Source: Mobula hypostoma (taxonomy: Eukaryota). From it: a stretch of 64,000 nucleotides of DNA. Positions 61,837-64,000 of the stretch are shown here, one piece after another. The position numbers were made by a program, and so were the translations under genes. The stretch covers positions 67,706,001 to 67,770,000 of the forward strand of contig NC_086108.1 of assembly GCF_963921235.1 (NCBI RefSeq). Direction: 5' to 3'. Below the pieces are notes generated by a model, which was given only the letters and a program-made list of their open reading frames with translations, had not been told where the DNA came from and made no database searches. The number at the start of each line of letters is the position of its first letter. The stretch's first letter is position 1.

Positions 61837-63369
61837 ATTACAAGGATTAGTAGTAATGATCACTTAGGCACAGTGTGAATCTGTACTTACTGACAAGGAC
61901 CCTTTATTGTCTCAACTGAAGAGCACGAGAAATTACTTAACCAAATATCTGTGTGCACACCTACTGTTTTCCTGACTATTCATGAACAATCAGAGAATAG
62001 AAAAGGTAATACCCAAGAACTTCAAGAACTTAATGGCGGCAGAAAGTAATCGCAGAGGCCTCTCAATCAACACCAAGAAGACAGAAAGCATGGTCATCTC
62101 CAGAAAGGCAAACATCCCACAATGTGTGATCAAGATTGGAAATACAAACATCAAACAAGTCAACAAATTCAGATATCTTGGTAGCCTAATAACAAGTGAT
62201 GGCAGGTGCTACACAGATATCAAATACAGAATAGCAATGGCGAAGGAAGCTTTCCAAAAAATGAAGACCATATTAGCAGACAGAAAGATGAGCACGTACA
62301 CTAAAAACAGAATACTGCAGTGCTACATTTATTCTATCCTGACTTATGGTAGTGAATGCTGGACCATTTCTCCAGCAATGGACAACAGACTAGAAGCAGC
62401 TGACTTATGGTTCTACAGGAGAACGTTAAAAATATCATGGGCCACACACACATCAAATGAAGAAGTTCTCAGAAGAGCCCAAGCAGTTGGATCACTCATA
62501 CCAACAATAAGAGAAAGACAACTCAGATTCCTAGGACACATCATGCAGAAAGATGAACTAGAAAAACTCATGCTCTCTGGAAAGATCGAGGGGAGCAAAC
62601 CTAGAGGAAGACCTCAGCTTATGTACATCAAAAGCCTAGCCAGGTGGCTACACATCAAGGAAATGGAAGTCATCCAAAGAACAAGGGATAGATCTGTATG
62701 GAAAACCATGGTCACCAATGTCCGCATCGGATATGGTACCTAGACAGACAGACAGAATACCCAAGAAAGAAGTCTATGATGGCCAGGTTCTCCTCATGCT
62801 CTTATCCAATCTCCATGTATCCACAGGGTACTCCACATCCATGGTGGTTGGTCTCTGGAGAGTTATCACTGCTCTGTTTTTATACACTTGTCTTAGCAGT
62901 TCAAATGTTACATTTCAGTCTCCTTGGCTGTAGGTCATCTGACTGACCTATATCACCATCTTATTGGCTCTGGTTCAAGCCAGCATCCATCTATTGCCCT
63001 TTTCCACAAATGTCACTGGTAATTTATGGCTCTTTGTTCTAAATCAGTTAACAAATTAGTAATCAGTTTGAATCACTCAGGCAGACACAGGCATCACTAT
63101 TCACAAACCTGCATGTTATATCATACCAAAGAACACCTCACAAATAACTTCTTATTTGGAAATGAGCTCGAGTCCATCAATTGCCTGGAGCATCATTTCA
63201 TCTGCTTTAAAATACTGGTTCAGCCACAAAAAAAGGTCACAAAATGGCAGCCTCCATTCCATCAACCTCATGGCATGAACAAAGAACAAAAACAAATTTT
63301 TTCTACTTCTACTGTCATTGATTCATTTGAACTCATTGATTTGTGGTTGGTAGTTCTTCCTGGCGAACA
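61837..63369 (-). mobile_element. Putative solo LTR (ERV-like), interrupted by an RTE
   Basis: Interrupts CR1 with flanks GTATC/CTATC; on the minus strand it begins TGTT and has CCAAT (62963-62967), TATAAAAA (62877-62884) and AATAAA (61903-61908). Confidence 0.5.
62020..62755 (+). mobile_element. RTE-clade LINE, 5'-truncated, with uninterrupted reading frame
   Basis: GLSINTKKTE, FRYLGS, YGSECWT, RQLRFLGHI, RGRP; (AGAC)n tail; 12-bp TSD AATACCCAAGAA (62008-62019, 62756-62767). Confidence 0.95.
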
Positions 63370-64000
63370 CTATCGTCTTTTATATTTTTGATTAGCATAC
63401 CTTTATATTTCATCTTTTCTCTCCTTATTGCTATTTTAGCAGTCTTCTGCTGATTTTTAAAAGCTCCCACTGCTTTTTGCTATATTATATACCTCTTTTA
63501 TTTTTAAATTGGCTTGATTCCCTTGACAGCCACTGTTGCTTCATCCTTCCCTTAGGATACTTCTTCACCTGAATCATGAATACTTCATACTGAATCACTG
63601 ATACTAAATCGCCTAGTTCCTCTCAAGTTTTTATTTGTTCAAAGCATGGGCTACTTGAAAGTCCTCTTTTATAGCTGATCCCTACTTAACCCAAGACCAT
63701 TTCAGAGGACAGTTAAAAATCAGGCACAGTAGTGCTCAAGAGTCACATCCAGGCCATGTGAGAATGCCATCAACTGTTCCACATCAATTATTCAGCCCTG
63801 AAAAGAATATTTCCATTAGACATCTTACATTGATGTCTATGGAGAAAAAGTCAAAATTAGACCCTTTTTAATGAAGAAAATGGATGTCTACTTAAAAGAT
63901 ATTCTGTGCACTATTTTCCTTAACTAGCTGGTTTATGTATGAAAGAACATCAGCTACAAGCTCATTGGATCTAATCACTAAATTGCTATAAACCTTAGCA

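Larger units (their letters stand above)
59792..63570 (-). mobile_element. CR1 LINE in pieces (59792-60827, 61108-61836, 63370-63570)
   Basis: DWKIANITGLFKKG...NCRPVSLTS; ELNKYFASF; collinear pieces flank two insertions. Confidence 0.85.

Noticed and set aside
61982..62743. 253-aa ORF as a host gene
   Set aside because: The ATG lies in flanking DNA upstream of the TSD, and the rest is a truncated RTE RT C-terminus lacking the catalytic core.

Overview
Eukaryotic, repeat-dense, apparently non-coding (intergenic or intronic) vertebrate DNA. The repeat inventory (CR1 LINEs with CATAGAAA-type tails, V-SINEs with CR1-like tails, Rex1/Babar, Penelope-like elements) suggests a cartilaginous fish, probably a ray; this is inference. 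I could not support any host protein-coding exon, and nearly every long ORF is a transposon remnant or its antisense shadow. The window holds a decayed chromodomain-bearing Ty3/Gypsy element with 3' LTR, many CR1 and Rex1 fragments, a full-length hAT/Charlie transposon, Tigger, Tc1 and hAT MITE-like elements, two solo LTR candidates and a young RTE fragment. It also holds two families of Penelope-like elements (RT + GIY-YIG). The most interesting signal is a minimal type-I hammerhead ribozyme motif (AGTC-CTGACGA-AGGGTCTCGGCCT-GAAA-CGTC^GACT) in the Penelope terminal repeat. It has an intact core at six loci, three of which are stand-alone 90-97 bp insertions with their own target-site duplications. 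All family calls come from motif recognition by eye; no database search was run.
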